DNA of 64,000 nt. Origin: Callorhinchus milii. Lineage: Eukaryota. The stretch covers positions 46,316,001-46,380,000 of the forward strand of contig NW_024704742.1 of assembly GCF_018977255.1 (NCBI RefSeq), written 5' to 3'. Both the position numbers and the translations under genes were made by a program. Under the pieces are notes generated by a model that was not told the DNA's origin, searched no databases, and saw nothing but the letters and a program-made list of their open reading frames with translations. Positions 61,685 through 64,000 of this stretch are shown piece after piece. The first letter of the stretch is position 1; each line of letters begins with the position of its first letter.

Positions 61685-62200
61685 CAGCAACAACACATTA
61701 CACTTGCAAAATGCCTTTCACATCGGGAGGAATATAACAAGGCACTGGACAGTCAGGGATTTAGATCCAAGCTAGGGTTTGGGATCAGGAGAGGTGGAGG
61801 GCAGGGAGGGGAGGAAAACTCTGGAGCACTTTCCCTCAATCCCTCCACCTTGTCCTCTCTCTTTTTCCAAATCCTGCCTGAAAACCTTCCTCTTCGACCG
61901 TGCTCCCGCCTTCCCCCTGGCTCGGAATCAGGCTCCGCCACTGTTAAGCGCTCTTAGACGCTACACTGCATGGAGGGTGCTATATAAGTGCAAGTTGTTT
62001 TTGTTGTAGGAGTAGGAGGGTGGCCAAAGGTGCAGTCGAAGAGGAGTCTCAAGACCAACTGATCCAATCTTGAGATATGCCTCAAAGTAGGCAAGGGAAG
62101 GAGCGAGGCAAAGCTATTGTGGGATGGAGTTCCAAAGGGTGGGGGGACAGAGAGGCTGAATGCCTGACCACCAATGGTGGAGCGGGGGACATGGAGCAAT
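61685..62200. mobile_element. Minus-strand L2 3' fragment containing a plus-strand L2 3' fragment (about 61825-62007)
   Basis: Minus tail at 61685-61810; plus LKTFLFDRA with tail tataagtgcaagttgtt; minus L2 continues 62008-62200 (TIGGQAFSLS). Confidence 0.75.
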
Positions 62201-62237
62201 GTTACTGAGGGAGTGGACAGGTTGATATGACTATGAT

Positions 62238-62915
62238 ATCATAGATTGCATTGCTCAAAAACAGGTCATTTGACCCATGGAGTCTGTGCTGGTGTTTATA
62301 TTCCACATGATCCCCCCACTGCTTACTCCCTCCCATACCACTCTATTCCCTTCTCCCTCATATGGATATCTATCTTCCTCTTAAATGCATCTATACTATC
62401 TGCATCAACCACAGTTTTGAACAGTGAGTTCCATATTTTCACTACCCTCTGTGTGAAGTAGTTACATCTAAATTCTCTTTTAGAGCCGTTAGTTGCTATT
62501 GTATACACACATCACCTGGTATGCTAACCTTATCATATGCTTTTATAATCTAAACACCTTGATTAGATCCCCTCTTAAGAGTCTCTTTTCTCGCAAAAGA
62601 TGGCCTAAATGATCTTTCCTGTTAGCAGTAACTTGCCACCCCGCTATCATTCTTGTAAAGCTATGCTGTACTGTTTGTATTGCTAGTATATTCTTCTTGT
62701 TGTTTGACAACTATACTCCAAATGTGATCTAAGCAAAGTTTTTGTACAAATCAACACTTCCTCACTTTTATTCTCTATCCCTCTGGACATAAAGCATAAG
62801 TTGCTATTGGCCCTTTTTATGGTCTTATATACTTGTGTTGCTACTTTTAAAGATTTATATATTTCAATCCCCAGATCTTTTTACTCCTCTATTATTCTTA
62901 TGTTACTACTATCTA
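62238..62915 (-). mobile_element. Old CR1 3' 0.7 kb
   Basis: NYFTQRVVKIWNSL..VVDADSIDAFKRKIDIHMREKGIE. Confidence 0.85.
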
Positions 62916-64000
62916 GGCTAAGGATGGCAAATATGAGGGTTATAGGTATTCTATTCTACTCACAGCTCATGACATTAACCCATTATTTTGATAACATAAA
63001 TGTCATTGAAATGTTTTGCCTTGACTTATTTGACTTTTTCAGAGAATTTGCTTTTGCTTGTGGCTAATGCTGGGAATGGAGGGAATTTTGTTCTCCTGGG
63101 AAATAAATAGAATAAGTATTCTGCAATGCCCTTTGCTGAAAGTAGCCCAATTTTGCTGGTGAAAAGGGTCAAACTGTATTTAAAGAATGTAGATATAGTT
63201 CATTTTATAAATGTATATTCATATAAATGAAAATTATATTGTAATTGTATTATAAAGTTTAACATGTCTGTAAAATACATTTTGTTTTGTTAAGATTTTA
63301 TGATAAGTAACATGGCTAAAATAGCAAGCACAGGTTGTAGATTCTTAACATTGTAACCGTAGCAATAACCTTTCATTACTTTAGATATGGCAAGACTGTT
63401 AGAGGCAGCCCTTTTGTTTTAAGTGTACATTGTCTAATTAATGCACGATTCCCTGTTTGCTATGATTAACATCCAAACTGTAGTAGTGAAGGAATCCGAA
63501 ATTTCAATATGATAAATGCCCTCTGACATAAAGCACTTTGACAGCCTCTGATAGTGGTGGAGGCCATAGGAATGAATTGGTGAATGGACAGACATTTACA
63601 AATGCGATGAAACGAGAGCTTTAAAGAGATTGACTGAAAAATGCCTCCCACCTCCACTGTGTATCAAACATCTTCTATTAGTGCATTGAAGTAATTCCCT
63701 AACACTTTAATGGTTAATCGTACTTGCCCTCTTCAATAACATTTCAGAATCCAGCACAATTATAGACAGATATTTTACATCTGTTTCCTTTTTAATCCCA
63801 GAACTATGGCATGGAAGCAAATGTCACCTTTGACAAATGTGGTTGGCTGAACGAGTCACACTGTGCATGTTGCAATTAATTGACTTTAAAAANTCATGAT
63901 TCCCTTACTGTGTGAATGTAGGTGAATTAGCAAACTGGCCCCTTGAGTTTTATCGAGTCATTAATGGTGCCATTAATAAAAACGACAAGCACATAATTTA

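Noticed and set aside
15167..62915. Minus-strand excess of CR1 fragments as evidence of a plus-strand host gene
   Set aside because: Counts are small (about 9 versus 3-4) and SINEs and L2 show no consistent matching bias.
1..64000. Short ORFs of the six-frame track as host genes
   Set aside because: They are short, many use non-ATG starts, they lack recognisable domains and many overlap SINEs/LINEs. Recurrent peptides such as PVAQWLEHSLCK are SINE translations.

Overview
AT-rich, repeat-dense vertebrate non-coding DNA (intronic or intergenic). I found no supportable host exon, genuine RNA gene or prokaryotic feature. Almost every ORF in the track is spurious or retrotransposon-derived. The repeat set suggests a cartilaginous fish, probably a chimaera such as Callorhinchus; this is inference from recalled consensus features, not a search. 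Main contents: (1) a young 3.0-kb 5'-truncated L2 LINE (42105-45099, minus) with APE endonuclease and RT, a TCTACA target-site duplication and five frameshifts that are all small deletions; (2) many older L2 and CR1 fragments; (3) about 10 tRNA-Ala-like/CORE SINEs; (4) about 13 Deu-domain SINEs. The most coherent system visible is the LINE/SINE one. Two SINE families with different heads share one 3' body and an L2-type 3' stem-loop showing covariation and loop swapping, and the CORE SINE shows a deletion series. Unexplained structure includes a three-copy unclassified repeat, an indel-free 36-bp array, a relic non-LTR C-terminal zinc-knuckle frame, several hairpins and candidate conserved non-coding elements. 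Coordinates of old repeats are approximate (about +/-20 bp).
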